Shown here piece after piece: positions 49,644-60,800 of a stretch of 64,000 nucleotides of DNA. Positions within the stretch are counted from its first letter, which is position 1; each line of letters starts with the position of its first letter. Below the pieces are notes generated by a model, which had not been told where the DNA came from, did not search any database, and saw nothing but the letters and a program-made list of their open reading frames with translations. The translations under genes and the position numbers were made by a program. Source of the DNA: an uncultured delta proteobacterium (lineage in GTDB: Bacteria > Desulfobacterota > Desulfobacteria > Desulfobacterales > QNYZ01); contig CAWJQU010000017.1 of the NCBI GenBank assembly GCA_963845145.1, positions 128,001 to 192,000 on the forward strand. Direction: 5' to 3'.

Positions 49644-51431
49644 TTATCCAATTGGTAGTCCTACACTACGCATTAGGGCAAGCGCATTGCTCTTTTTCAC
49701 AACACCGTCTTTCAGTAGGTAATCGAAATAAAGTTTTCCATCTTTTATCTGGTCGTCGAAGTGGACGTTTTTTGCCAGGGTATCTAAAGACCGGGCGGTA
49801 TCGGCCACTGCCAGGTCATGTGTGGTAACAAGTCCCAATGCACCTTTTGCAAGCAATCCGCGAACAATAGCATCCGCTCCGATTTGTCGATCATGAGAGT
49901 TGGTTCCGTGAAGAATTTCATCCAGCAAAAAGAGTAGGGGGATCGGCCCATCGGCCAGATTCATGATCTGTTTTAGACAACTGATTTCCGCAAAAAACCT
50001 GGATTTTCCGCCTTGCAGGGAATCGAGAATCCTGATGGTAGAGCCGATGGACATGGGTGACATGCGAAGCGCTTCTCCACAGATAGGCGCCCCGGCCATG
50101 GCAAGTACGGCGTTGACACCCACGGTTCGCAAAAAGGTGCTTTTTCCGGACATGTTTGAGCCGCTGACTACCCATATTTGACAATTGACATCGAGTGCAA
50201 TGCTGTTTCGTACACATTTTTCCTGTGGTAAAAGTGGATGCCCTAAAGACGTACCTTCCAGAATCGGCCCGGTTTTTACAATCGTGGGAAAACAGTCTGT
50301 TGGACGTTCATAATGGTATCCGGAAAGCGCGCAGACCGCTTCAAATTGACCGAGGGCATCAAACCATCCCTGGGTGTGAGCACCGAAGGATAATCGCCAG
50401 TCATCGATAGAAAATGCGAACAGTGGTTTCCACATCAACAAAAAGGCGATTGGGGCAAACAATTGATTGTTTCCCTGCTCCATCCAGTCGACGCGCCGAC
50501 CCAATCGGGAAATGCCTGTGGAAGCGGGGATGATACTTGTTAACAGCGCTTCTTTTATTTTGATCAGCTGGGCGCTTTCCACTTTTTCCGTTTCAATTCG
50601 CATGAGCAATTTGGAAAGCACGGTCAACTCTCGATTCGGCCCATCCACTCCGATGATAATACCTTGGAGACGCGTTTTTAAAACACGTCGGACAATCAGT
50701 TGTGCCAAAATCACAATCGCAAGCACAAACCAACCAACCTCGGTCATGATGGCCAGCACACAACTCACTATCGCTGCCGCGGCCAATCCGAAAAAGGTCG
50801 TTCTCCAGGCTTTTTTCTCGCGAGCAGAGAAGGTGGGGGGGTCATTTGCCCACGCCGTTATGATTTGGGGCCTTACCAGTGAGCGCATTTCTCCGGTGCA
50901 AAGAAAAATGTCTTCCCGAAGATCCAGCCGATTTTTCAGCTCTTTTACCGCTTCTTGTCTTTTAAGGATCTCTTGCCTGGACGAAGGCGCTGTTAGCCAG
51001 GAGGCCAGCGTTTCCTCACCGGCGACGCTACGAGCCGTGCATAGCAACTCAAAAAGGGAGCCTGTCCCAAATAGATCCAAATCTGTCGCGTAAGGGTGAT
51101 CATCACGGACAAAATCCGTGCGCGTAACCCCGTTTCCTTGCCATTCATCGTTTATCCGCGAAATAGCCGACTTATAGTATTGAACCACTTGTTCCGCCTC
51201 TATTTTGCGGCGAATAATGTTGTCGTGAACCAACATCGCAACGATAAAGGCGCCAATGGGAATGAGTGTCCAACCATATGAGATCGATTTCAAAAAAAAG
51301 GCGATCCCGGTGATGGACAATAGGACAATGAATATAAACAGCCGCAGGAAGGACAGGAATTCGCACCGTTTTTCTAATAAGATAACGACATCTTGTCTGA
51401 TTTGAAGGCGATTTTGATATTCGCTTTTCAC
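49644..51431 (-). CDS. MutS-family ATPase with transmembrane segments
   Basis: GSNMSGKST, S.FFAE, LDEILHGTNS, TTHDL; hydrophobic segments; start uncertain. Confidence 0.85.
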   Translation of the reverse strand: MKSEYQNRLQIRQDVVILLEKRCEFLSFLRLFIFIVLLSITGIAFFLKSISYGWTLIPIGAFIVAMLVHDNIIRRKIEAEQVVQYYKSAISRINDEWQGNGVTRTDFVRDDHPYATDLDLFGTGSLFELLCTARSVAGEETLASWLTAPSSRQEILKRQEAVKELKNRLDLREDIFLCTGEMRSLVRPQIITAWANDPPTFSAREKKAWRTTFFGLAAAAIVSCVLAIMTEVGWFVLAIVILAQLIVRRVLKTRLQGIIIGVDGPNRELTVLSKLLMRIETEKVESAQLIKIKEALLTSIIPASTGISRLGRRVDWMEQGNNQLFAPIAFLLMWKPLFAFSIDDWRLSFGAHTQGWFDALGQFEAVCALSGYHYERPTDCFPTIVKTGPILEGTSLGHPLLPQEKCVRNSIALDVNCQIWVVSGSNMSGKSTFLRTVGVNAVLAMAGAPICGEALRMSPMSIGSTIRILDSLQGGKSRFFAEISCLKQIMNLADGPIPLLFLLDEILHGTNSHDRQIGADAIVRGLLAKGALGLVTTHDLAVADTARSLDTLAKNVHFDDQIKDGKLYFDYLLKDGVVKKSNALALMRSVGLPIG

Positions 51432-51475
51432 ATTGTCTAAAGCGTTAAAGTTGTAGCCCTTCGTATATGAATGTC

Positions 51476-52351
51476 TCAATACACTGCCGACCAACCGGCA
51501 TTGGCAAAGGCGAACCTTTCCCCGAAGCGGTTATAACAGGCTGCCGCCGCTTCATTTCCTGTGCAATGGGAAACGGCTATTTTCCGGACATCAAACCGTT
51601 CAAAAGCCTCCATGGTCTTTTCAAGCTGGTCGGGCGAGTTCAAAAAACCGAGATGGGTGCCGCCGATCACACTATGAAAAGAGGTGTGACCGGTCTGTTC
51701 TGAAAAATGTTCCATCGTATTGACGATTCCGGAGTGGGCGCAACCGGTAAGAATAACAGGTCCGGCGTTCGTTTCAATCAAAAGAGAGGCATCATCGATT
51801 AAGGGGTCCGGTTGATATCCGTCTTGGATTTTGATCAATAGGCGGGCATCTGCGGTTTCAAAATCGCTGGTGCGTGGAACTTCGCCGGAAAAAAAAACAC
51901 CATCGGAAATTTGGGTAAATTGGGTGGTGAAAATGAATTGCGCGTTTAGCCCCGATTCGATGGCTTCCTGGGTTGCCGGGATGCCGATATATTTGTAGCT
52001 GTTCCCGGTATCACTTTTTTTTACTGAATATTTTTGACTAAATACCTGCGGGTGGGCGTAAATATCGATCCGGTCTTTTTGAAGCGGTAGTTTTAAGAGT
52101 CCACCGGTATGATCGTAGTGACCGTGGCTTAGTGCTATCTTGGATATCTCATCCAGGGCGACACCCATTGCACGCGCGTTGGGTGTCAGGCTTAATCCCT
52201 GGCCAGTATCCAGCAGCAATTTTTCTCCGTTTTTTTCAATCAACGCGCTAAAGCCATGCTCACCTGTCACACCCTGGGTGATGCAGGTGCGGTTTTCACA
52301 AAGGATGGTAATCCTGGTTCCATTTGATGTGGAATTTTGTTGAAGTGTCAT
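51476..52351 (-). CDS. MBL-fold metallo-hydrolase
   Basis: EHGFS, LSHGHYDHTGG, GCAHSG, GGTH, HCTG. Confidence 0.88.
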   Translation of the reverse strand: MTLQQNSTSNGTRITILCENRTCITQGVTGEHGFSALIEKNGEKLLLDTGQGLSLTPNARAMGVALDEISKIALSHGHYDHTGGLLKLPLQKDRIDIYAHPQVFSQKYSVKKSDTGNSYKYIGIPATQEAIESGLNAQFIFTTQFTQISDGVFFSGEVPRTSDFETADARLLIKIQDGYQPDPLIDDASLLIETNAGPVILTGCAHSGIVNTMEHFSEQTGHTSFHSVIGGTHLGFLNSPDQLEKTMEAFERFDVRKIAVSHCTGNEAAAACYNRFGERFAFANAGWSAVY

Positions 52352-52621
52352 ATTTTTTCTCATTCAAAGGTTTAAAACCATGTGGTTGCAATATAGTATC
52401 TATAATTGGCGTGTTTTTTTATCAACGCCTTTTCCTCGATTTGGCACCAGGCAACGATAGCGACTATGCCGACATAAAATATCTCGGCTTTTCAAAGTTG
52501 CCAATGGTTGTTTTTTAAGTGTAAGTATCCAAATAGGATAGATCGCCGGCAATTGAAAAAAACGCCGATAACCGGCCGTTGTCGGCAATGCCGGCAGGAA
52601 ACAGGAGAAAGGTAAAAAAAA

Positions 52622-53464
52622 GTGCAACAACTGAGCCTGGGGTACTCTCCCTGTCCTAATGACACATTTATCTTTCATGCTATGACGCACGGCAAAGTTG
52701 ATTGTGGCGCTCATATGTTTGAGCCGGTATTAAAGGATGTGGAGGCGTTAAATCAGGATGCAAAAAATCGAAAATTAGATGTAACCAAACTTTCCTTTGC
52801 GGCTTTAGGGCATTTGCAGGAAACCTACGGGTTGCTTAAAAGCGGCGCGGCCTTAGGGCGAGGGTGTGGCCCGATAATTGTAACCCGGCCCGGCTTTGAT
52901 CTTTCGCAACTTGCGATGTCGAAAGTTGCCGTGCCCGGATTGTGGACGACGGCGAATCTGTTGCTGGGACTCTATTTGTCCGGCTCATCCGAAGTCATGC
53001 CCATGACATTTGACCGAATCATGCCGGCTGTTGCAAATGGTGATTTGGATTTTGGCGTGATCATACACGAGGGACGGTTTACCTATCATTCTTATGGATT
53101 GAAGGCCGTGCTCGATCTCGGACAATGGTGGGAAGGGAAGACCGGTTTGCCGATTCCTTTAGGGGGCATTGCGATTCGCCGATCATTGGAGGCGTCAGTG
53201 GCCGCAGGGGTTGAGAAGACAATCCAAGACAGTATTCGTTATGCATTTAAACATATTGGTGCATCGCGAGGGTATATAAAGAAACATGCCCAGGAAGTTT
53301 CGGATGATGTCATTGCGCAGCATATTGAGTTGTATGTTAATGATGATTCAATTGAAATCGGTTCAGAGGGTGTGCAAGCTATTGAGACGCTGTTTCAATG
53401 GGGGCGTAAGGCTGGTTTATTGCCAAATAGTTTAAGACCATTGTTTGCCGTTCGAGGGAGATAA
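52622..53464 (+). CDS. mqnD: 1,4-dihydroxy-6-naphthoate synthase
   Basis: SPCPNDTF, DVE.LN, IIHEGRFTY, DLG.WW, HI.LYVN. Confidence 0.93.
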   Translation: MQQLSLGYSPCPNDTFIFHAMTHGKVDCGAHMFEPVLKDVEALNQDAKNRKLDVTKLSFAALGHLQETYGLLKSGAALGRGCGPIIVTRPGFDLSQLAMSKVAVPGLWTTANLLLGLYLSGSSEVMPMTFDRIMPAVANGDLDFGVIIHEGRFTYHSYGLKAVLDLGQWWEGKTGLPIPLGGIAIRRSLEASVAAGVEKTIQDSIRYAFKHIGASRGYIKKHAQEVSDDVIAQHIELYVNDDSIEIGSEGVQAIETLFQWGRKAGLLPNSLRPLFAVRGR

Positions 53465-53481
53465 AAGGATGGCTTTAAGCG

Positions 53482-54390
53482 TTAAAGTGTTAACCTTTTT
53501 TTAGGAATCGGAAAAAAAGTAAGCGGTGCTGCTTTTTCTAACAGCCCGTGTTCACTTAGGCCGTTAAAAAAGGTTTTTAACGCCCGCTGTTTTTTTCCAT
53601 CCAAGTCATATTCCATGGCCTTAAAGTAAGCCCGCAATATACTTTCATCCAAGTTGAGACGTTTCGCGCCAAGGGTGATAATTTCATCCAACCGGTTCGC
53701 ACCCATATGGGCGGATTCCCTGAAAAGAACGATTGTCTGTTGAACCTGGGCAGGATATGCATCCGCGTAACGCCTACGAACCGCCCATACGGCAAAAACA
53801 ATGGGTAGTCCGGATAGGCGATACCAGACATCTCCCAAATCCAGGCGGTATTGATACTGCCGCCCCCAATTACCGGCGAGAGCCTTGTCGCCGATGATCA
53901 TGACGGCATCGTACGCATCATCGTTTATTTCGCCCATGTTTACCGGACCGGTGTGCATGCGCGGGTGTACGCCCTCAATGGCAAAAATGAGTTTCAGTAG
54001 CAAAACCGCAGTGCCCGACTCGCTGGTGATAAGGACACGCCTGCCGTCCAGGTCTTTGATGGGAAAGTTACTTGCCAAGAGGACACTCATCACAGGGCCA
54101 TGACAAGAGATGGACAGGTCCGGTAAAATCAGCCATTGATCGCTATGCCGCGCATATGCGCCTGTGGACACAGGGCTGATATCCAATTTGTCTTCAGCCA
54201 TCAGTCGGTTCAATGAAGCCGGTGGAGCGGCCGTCAACCGGACCCAGGGCGGGCGCAAGCCGTTTTCGAGTCCATAGTAGATGGGGTCCACGTTGAGGTA
54301 GCTGATTCGACCCACACGGGTTTCAATCATCTTGTCGTTTGAACGATGCGGGCTGTTCGGATTTGTTATAGATGTCGAATTATTCATCAC
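53482..54390 (-). CDS. mqnA: Chorismate dehydratase
   Basis: I.YLN..P, G.V.SV, IGD.AL, DLG..W....GLP.VFA.W. Confidence 0.9.
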   Translation of the reverse strand: MMNNSTSITNPNSPHRSNDKMIETRVGRISYLNVDPIYYGLENGLRPPWVRLTAAPPASLNRLMAEDKLDISPVSTGAYARHSDQWLILPDLSISCHGPVMSVLLASNFPIKDLDGRRVLITSESGTAVLLLKLIFAIEGVHPRMHTGPVNMGEINDDAYDAVMIIGDKALAGNWGRQYQYRLDLGDVWYRLSGLPIVFAVWAVRRRYADAYPAQVQQTIVLFRESAHMGANRLDEIITLGAKRLNLDESILRAYFKAMEYDLDGKKQRALKTFFNGLSEHGLLEKAAPLTFFPIPKKRLTL

Positions 54391-55588
54391 TGATCAATTT
54401 TACGTTTCCATTGAATGCGTTATTGACGATTCCCTCAGATAGTGTTTTTGGGCTGGCGGCTTTGAGGGGAACATAGGCGGCGGAAAATCGATAGCCGGGC
54501 GCAAGACGGCCGTAATCGGCTCCCAGACATAGGGCGTCAGCACCATTGATGGTGGCCATGGATAGTATCTGTTCGGGTGAAAGCATCGGATAGTTTTGAC
54601 TGATCCAGGCCATTTCGTCAAACACACTCAACGAATCACAACTGGCCAAACTGTCTGTTCCCAGACAGATATTGAGACCCCTTTCCATCATTTCGGGAAT
54701 AGCAGGTTGTCGGGCATGGAGTCGTCGGTTGGAGCGAGGGCAAACGGCTACCGATACCCCATGTTTGGCCAGGATATCAATGTCGTGAGGATCAACCTGA
54801 AGAAGATGAACGGCCAGGGTCATTTTATCGAAAATGTTTAGTCGGTCCAGATAGTCCACCGGGCTCCTGGCCGGCAGGGGCCAGTTGGAAAAGTCGATAT
54901 TCCGCTCTTTAAGCAACCCGGCCCAGGGACCTTTGCCTGATCGGATAAATGCAACTTCCTGATCAGATTCGGACAGGTGGATGGAAAAAGGCCTGCCATG
55001 TTGCAGGGTGAACCGTTTTAATTTGGTTAACAGGCTCGGGGCGGTAGTGTGGGGCGCGTGTCCGGCGAAGGAGGTTTTTTTGGAATCCAGTACAAGTGAG
55101 CATTCGTCAGGCAGATTGCCAAGATACTCCTTAAACCATATGCCATTTAAATGCGATGCAAGAAAAGGCGGCCCGGATAATCCCGCCGTCGCGATTTCCG
55201 CCACCATCCCGCACCCACTTTGAATCACTTCATCGATCCCGGCCTGAATACCGGTCAGCAGGGTCTCATCATCCAGCCCGGCTCTTTTTTCAATCAGATG
55301 GCGGACCCACATTTCAAAGCCTTCACAATGGGGTATCTTGCCCTTTAGCGCGCTCAGTTCCAGATGGGTATGGGCATTGACCAAGGCGGGCATTAAAACG
55401 CCGGCGCCGTGATCCACTAACTGGTCTGTGCCGATCGGTCGGTGGGGGTTAGCCGAAATAATGCGCCCCCTGGAAACATGGACAATCCCATCGCGTATGA
55501 TGGTATCAGGATCTTGAATGACCCATCCTGCTTTGTGCCAGGTATCCGCATGTGGCGCCATATAGGTCCAGTTCCCTGCTGTTGGCAT
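54380..55588 (-). CDS. Amidohydrolase, probable aminodeoxyfutalosine deaminase
   Basis: NAHTHLELS, H..ES, CPRSN, GTDSLAS; located between mqnC and mqnA. Confidence 0.8.
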   Translation of the reverse strand: MPTAGNWTYMAPHADTWHKAGWVIQDPDTIIRDGIVHVSRGRIISANPHRPIGTDQLVDHGAGVLMPALVNAHTHLELSALKGKIPHCEGFEMWVRHLIEKRAGLDDETLLTGIQAGIDEVIQSGCGMVAEIATAGLSGPPFLASHLNGIWFKEYLGNLPDECSLVLDSKKTSFAGHAPHTTAPSLLTKLKRFTLQHGRPFSIHLSESDQEVAFIRSGKGPWAGLLKERNIDFSNWPLPARSPVDYLDRLNIFDKMTLAVHLLQVDPHDIDILAKHGVSVAVCPRSNRRLHARQPAIPEMMERGLNICLGTDSLASCDSLSVFDEMAWISQNYPMLSPEQILSMATINGADALCLGADYGRLAPGYRFSAAYVPLKAASPKTLSEGIVNNAFNGNVKLISDE

Positions 55589-56659
55589 CTACTCTGACGG
55601 GTGAATGAGGTTGTAAAAGCAATCCCGCTGCCGGGCGGCATAGCCGGCGTTTTCAATCAGTCGAATAATCTCTTCCTTGGAAAGTTGGAAATGAACACCG
55701 GCGGCAGCAACGACATTTTCTTCAATCATGGTGCTGCCAAAATCATTGGCGCCGAAAGCGAGTGCCGTCTGGGCAATTTTAGCCCCCTGGGTTACCCAGG
55801 AGGCTTGAATGTTATCGACATTGTCCAAAACGATTCGGCTCAGAGCCAGTACCCGCAAGTACTCAACGGCGGTGGCAGGCTCAACCTCAATGCGGGTATT
55901 CCGGGGTTGAAAAGTCCAGGGAATGAAGGCCGTAAAACCTCCCGTTTCATCCTGCAGCGTCCTGATTTTTAGCAAATGGGCAATGATATCCTTAGGTGTC
56001 TCCACATGTCCGAACATCATGGTGGCCGTTGTTCGAAGTCCCAATTGGTGTGCCCTACGCATGACGTCCAACCATTGATCGGCGGTGCATTTCCGGGGCG
56101 ATATTCGGTGGCGGACGCTATCTACCAGGATTTCGGCCCCGCCCCCGGGAATGGAGCCCAGCCCGGCGTCAATTAACGTTTCAATGACGTTCGTCACGGT
56201 CAGGTTCTCCTTCTGGGCCAGGTCGTATATTTCAGGTGGTGAAAATCCATGAACGTGAATATCAAACCGTTTCTTAATAAAGTGGAGAAGGGCGACATAA
56301 TCATCCAGATGCAAGTCGGGATGCATGCCTCCCTGGAGGAGAATCTGGGTACCGCCGAGATTGATGGTTTCCTCAATTTTTTGAGCCAGGCCGGTCTGGG
56401 AGAGAATATATGCTTCGGAATGATCCGGGGATCGATAAAAAGCGCAAAACCGGCATCCTGAAAGGCAGACATTGGTGTAATTGATATTGCGATCCACGAC
56501 ATAGGTCACAATCGGATCCGTATGCAGTCGGCGCCTCACGTGGCCGGCCATATTCCCCAGGGTTAAAAGCGGGGCATGGGTAAACAAAGACAACGCCTCA
56601 TCACCATCCAAGCGGCCGGCAGTCTCCAATTTTTTCGTGGCCATCTCAATGGCGTCCAT
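55589..56659 (-). CDS. mqnC: Cyclic dehypoxanthine futalosine synthase
   Basis: DRNINYTNVC..GC.FCAF, LQGG.HP, FIPWTFQ, QASWVTQG, EENVV. Confidence 0.93.
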   Translation of the reverse strand: MDAIEMATKKLETAGRLDGDEALSLFTHAPLLTLGNMAGHVRRRLHTDPIVTYVVDRNINYTNVCLSGCRFCAFYRSPDHSEAYILSQTGLAQKIEETINLGGTQILLQGGMHPDLHLDDYVALLHFIKKRFDIHVHGFSPPEIYDLAQKENLTVTNVIETLIDAGLGSIPGGGAEILVDSVRHRISPRKCTADQWLDVMRRAHQLGLRTTATMMFGHVETPKDIIAHLLKIRTLQDETGGFTAFIPWTFQPRNTRIEVEPATAVEYLRVLALSRIVLDNVDNIQASWVTQGAKIAQTALAFGANDFGSTMIEENVVAAAGVHFQLSKEEIIRLIENAGYAARQRDCFYNLIHPSE

Positions 56660-57765
56660 TATTCTCCTGACTGCCCTTTTCAACCGGATGATAAAAAGCG
56701 TCGCGTTGAACCGGGGTGAAACCGGCGGCGGTGATCATGCGGTCCATCTGGTGCTTGGTTAACCCTAAGGCCGATTTGGCCCCGGCTGTGTGGGTGATTT
56801 TTTCCTCGATGATGGTCCCGTCCAAGATCGTCGGCACCAAAGGAAAGCGCCACCTGGGCCAGGCGTTCGCCGATCATCACCCAATAGGCTTTGATATGGT
56901 CAATATTGTCCAAAAGCAACCGGGCTGCGGCGACATTTTTCAGATCATCGAATGCGGTTGTTTCGGGAAGATGGGCCAGCTGGGTGTGTCCCGAATGAAA
57001 GGCCAAAGGAATGAAAGCGGAAAAACCGCCGGTTTCATCCTGAAGCTCACGCAGGGTGATCAGATGTTGAACTTTTTCATCCACCGTTTCAATATGACCA
57101 TAGAGCATGGTGGCATTGGTGATGATGCCATGGCTGTGAGCGGCGCGCATGACATCTAACCAGCGATGATGATCGATTTTTCGGTGAAATAATTTATTTC
57201 GAACGCGGGAACTCATCACTTCGGCCCCGCCGCCCGGCATCATGCCCAGCCCGGCGGTTTTTAAAGCGATAATGGTTTCATCCAGGGACTGGCCGCTGAT
57301 TTTTGCGAAATGGTCGATTTCCACAGCGGTAAAGGCCTTTACCGTCGCATCCGGCCGCAGGGTTTTAATGGTCTTAATCAGGTCCAGATAATAATCTAAG
57401 GGAAGATCCGGATGGAGCCCCCCGACCACGTGCAGCTCCCGGACAGGCTCCTCGATGCGTTCTAACAAACGTTGCTTCACATCATCGATGGAAAGGGTAA
57501 AGGCCTTTGAATCGCCGTCATCACAGGCAAAGGCGCAAAACTGGCAGCGATTGGTGCAGACATTGGTGTAATTTAAATGCTGGTTATAGACCCAGTAGGC
57601 TGTATCTCCATGGCGACGACGTCGCTCCCTGTCGGCCAGATAACCCAGTCCCATCAGATCACGGGTTTCGTATAGAGCGCGTCCGTCATCGAAATCGAGT
57701 CGTTGACCGTTTGCGATCTTTTGGTCAATGGTTTTTAGTCGGTTGTCTGTATAATCCGGTGCCAT
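56646..57765 (-). CDS. mqnE: Aminofutalosine synthase, +1 frameshift near 56822 as sequenced
   Basis: N.TNVC...C.FCAF, NATMLYGH, FIPLAF, HIKAYW; DGTIIEEKI tail in adjacent frame. Confidence 0.9.
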
Positions 57766-57854
57766 GATTTAAGATTTCAATGTGATCTAATATTAGTGAA
57801 CCCGGTAAAAAGGAGCCCGATGAAAGAAAGAATCGGCTTTTAGAGCCTGTTTAT

Positions 57855-60800
57855 TCAAGCGGCACTTCTTCCCTTATTCAATTCAGTATCACGGGTTAAA
57901 TGGGGTTTAAATGATTGGTACAAGGATGGATCCATGACGGCCTCATATCCCTGCAAACGGGCGACCACGATATGATCGGAATCAATAAACGTGAAATCTC
58001 CTGTTATTTTACGGGAGGTAACCTCGTTAACTTCAAGTATCACTTTCAACCCTTTGGAAGGAAAACGGCGGGAAAATTGACGGTATGAAGCCGTATAGCT
58101 AGGCAGCGATACCATGCCTTTTTGCTCATAGCACCACACCGACGCCATTTGAAAGGCGGTATCCAAAGCCAGTGGATCCGCCAGCCATTCACTACGCAGC
58201 GGTTCGGTCATCCATTGATTCGGTTGAGGTGCTGTGCTGATTTCGGCCACCATGCCGTTTGCGGTGAGACCATTGATTTTTTTAAGTCCATGAAGGTGTT
58301 CCCCGTGAAAGAGAATTGTTTCATAAACTTCATCAACACTTTTTGAATAGGGGACGGCGACCAATTCTTCAGGCGGATCATAAGTCGGTGCCGTGCCCAA
58401 TGATTCTACCAAAATGGCCCGTCCTCGCGAGTGAATAACTTCAACACCGTCTTCCACCCCATCGCGCAACTCTATGGGAACCTCAAACCGGTTTTCCCGA
58501 CGGCGGGCTTTACCGGCCATAAGGCGAATGGTTTTTGAAGCGACATCCATGCGAATCCCCTTTAAGAGGCGCATATCGTCAATACCATGTAGAATCAGAC
58601 CGGGATTTTCATGCAGGGCGCCATGACCAAACCATTCGGTCATCAGTGCAAAGGGAACCACCGGATGACCGTCAAGCACGTGAGAGTTCAACACCGGGTA
58701 ATGAGGAAGGTCGACCTCCCGCCGAAAAGACAGGCTGAGCCCTTTGTCCAATTTTATCCGTGATTCTTTGGATGATGCCGTCATGCCGGCTTCTTTATCT
58801 TCAGTGTTGATCCGGCAGCCGATGATTACTTCCACCGGGCCATTTGTACCGGCCCCCATCTCCCTTGCAAGACATTCGGCACCGATCTGAGTGGGGATTA
58901 ACCCAACCCCGCGCTGCTCAAACCGACGCTTCAGGGCCGGGGAAACCATACCGCATTCCCATGGCCCCCAGTTGATGGCGGTCACGGAACATTGATGACG
59001 GTTTTTGGCTTCAACCTGGGCGATTTTATTTAACACCTCATTGGCCATGGCATAATCGGACTGGCCGATATTTCCGAAACGGGCGGTTACCGACGAAAAA
59101 AGCGCCAAATAGCGCAACATATCCTTTTTAGTCGCATTGAGAAGGTTTCTAACGCCCTTGACCTTGGTGTTGAATACCGCTTCAAACGCATCGATCTTTT
59201 TGTCGATAATAAGACCATCACGCAGGATCCCGGCGCCGTGAATCAGAGCCGTAATCGGCCCAAGATCCGTGCGGACCCGATCAAGTGCGGGATCGACCTG
59301 TTTACCACGGGTGACATCCACGGAATAGTAGGTGGCCCTGACACCCGCATCATTTAAGGCATGAAGGGTTTGTTGAATCTCACGGTTGGTCGCGTGCCGA
59401 TAAAACGCACGGTCCAACTCTTTTGGTGATGGCGACTGGCTTTTAAATTCGTGGGTTAGGATGGCTTTTTTTATTTCTGCGGGGTCCGTTAAAGCTTCCA
59501 TCCATGAGGGTAATGCGGATGGCTGAGGCGAACGACCCAGCAGCGCAAAGGATGCGCCGGTTTTGCGGGCCAGGGCGATAACGCTCTCGGCGGTGATACC
59601 CCGTGCGCCCCCGCTGACGACGACGACATCTTGGGCGGTCAATTCAGGCAAGCCATTCGGATATTCGGCATCGGTCAGGGGCAATTGATACTGCTCATCA
59701 AGGGCAAGATCAGGATGAAGGCCGACTTCGAGGGGAGATTGGCAATCCGTGCCTAACACTGCGCTTAAAAGGGATTGGGAGATGGCGTCAGGGTCTTCCC
59801 AGTTAGCCGCGACATCAATGGAACGACAATGGACATGGGGCCACTCCATGGCAGCCGTTTTGATCAGGCCGGGAAGTGCGCCATGCATGGGTTGCGTCAC
59901 CCCTTCACCCAAAAAACCGAAAGCCCCGTCCATGCGGCTGACACCAACCAAAATCGGTGGCGTATCCGTATCTGCTTGTGCCCACTGTTTCCCGACGGCC
60001 TGTGTAAGTAAAAAAAGGTTTTTAATATCTTTGGTGCCGACAGTTGCAGCGGCGGGTAGGATTGGAATAAATCCGCCGATGGACCCTTCTATCCGTTTTA
60101 TGGCATCAGGGGCCAGTGGGACTACGGCGGTGGTAATGTTTTGCTTCGAAAAGGCAGCGGCGAGGGCCTCGGCGAGGCCTTCACCATCGTCGGAGATCAC
60201 GATGGTCCCGGGACGACGCAGTATCTCCTTTTTTGGGGTCGCAGACTTTACGATTGTGGCGCAAACGATCTGGCGTTTAATTTCAGCTACCTGTTTTTCA
60301 ACTTCTGGCATTTTTTCAATCGGTAAGCCTTGGTCTATCTCGGTCACCGGATCTTCATGTAAGGGTTGGTTTTTGCCTTCGGTTAAGTGCCCGACAATCT
60401 GCCCCAGGGTTTTTAATTCGCCCATATCTTCAGGGGAGACAGTCGGCAGGTGAGGCATCCGCTCTTCCATTGTAGACAAAATTTCCACGCGCTTGATGGA
60501 GTCGATGCCCAGGTCCGCCTCAATGGCCATTTCGGGTTTGAGCATTTCCACCGGATAGCCGGTCAGCTCGCTAATGACATTAAAGAGCACCGGCTCGACA
60601 TCTGTCGATTGCAGCTCTCCAGGCGTTGTATTAGATATCTCAGGTTGGGCCGGGTCAAAAACAGGCCCCTTGTTTAAATGGGTAACGATTTGACCGAGCG
60701 TTTTCAATTCGCCCATATCTTCAGGCGAAATAGTCGGTAGGTCGGGCATCCGTTCTTCCATGGTAGACAAGATTTCAACGCGCTTGATGGAATCGATACC

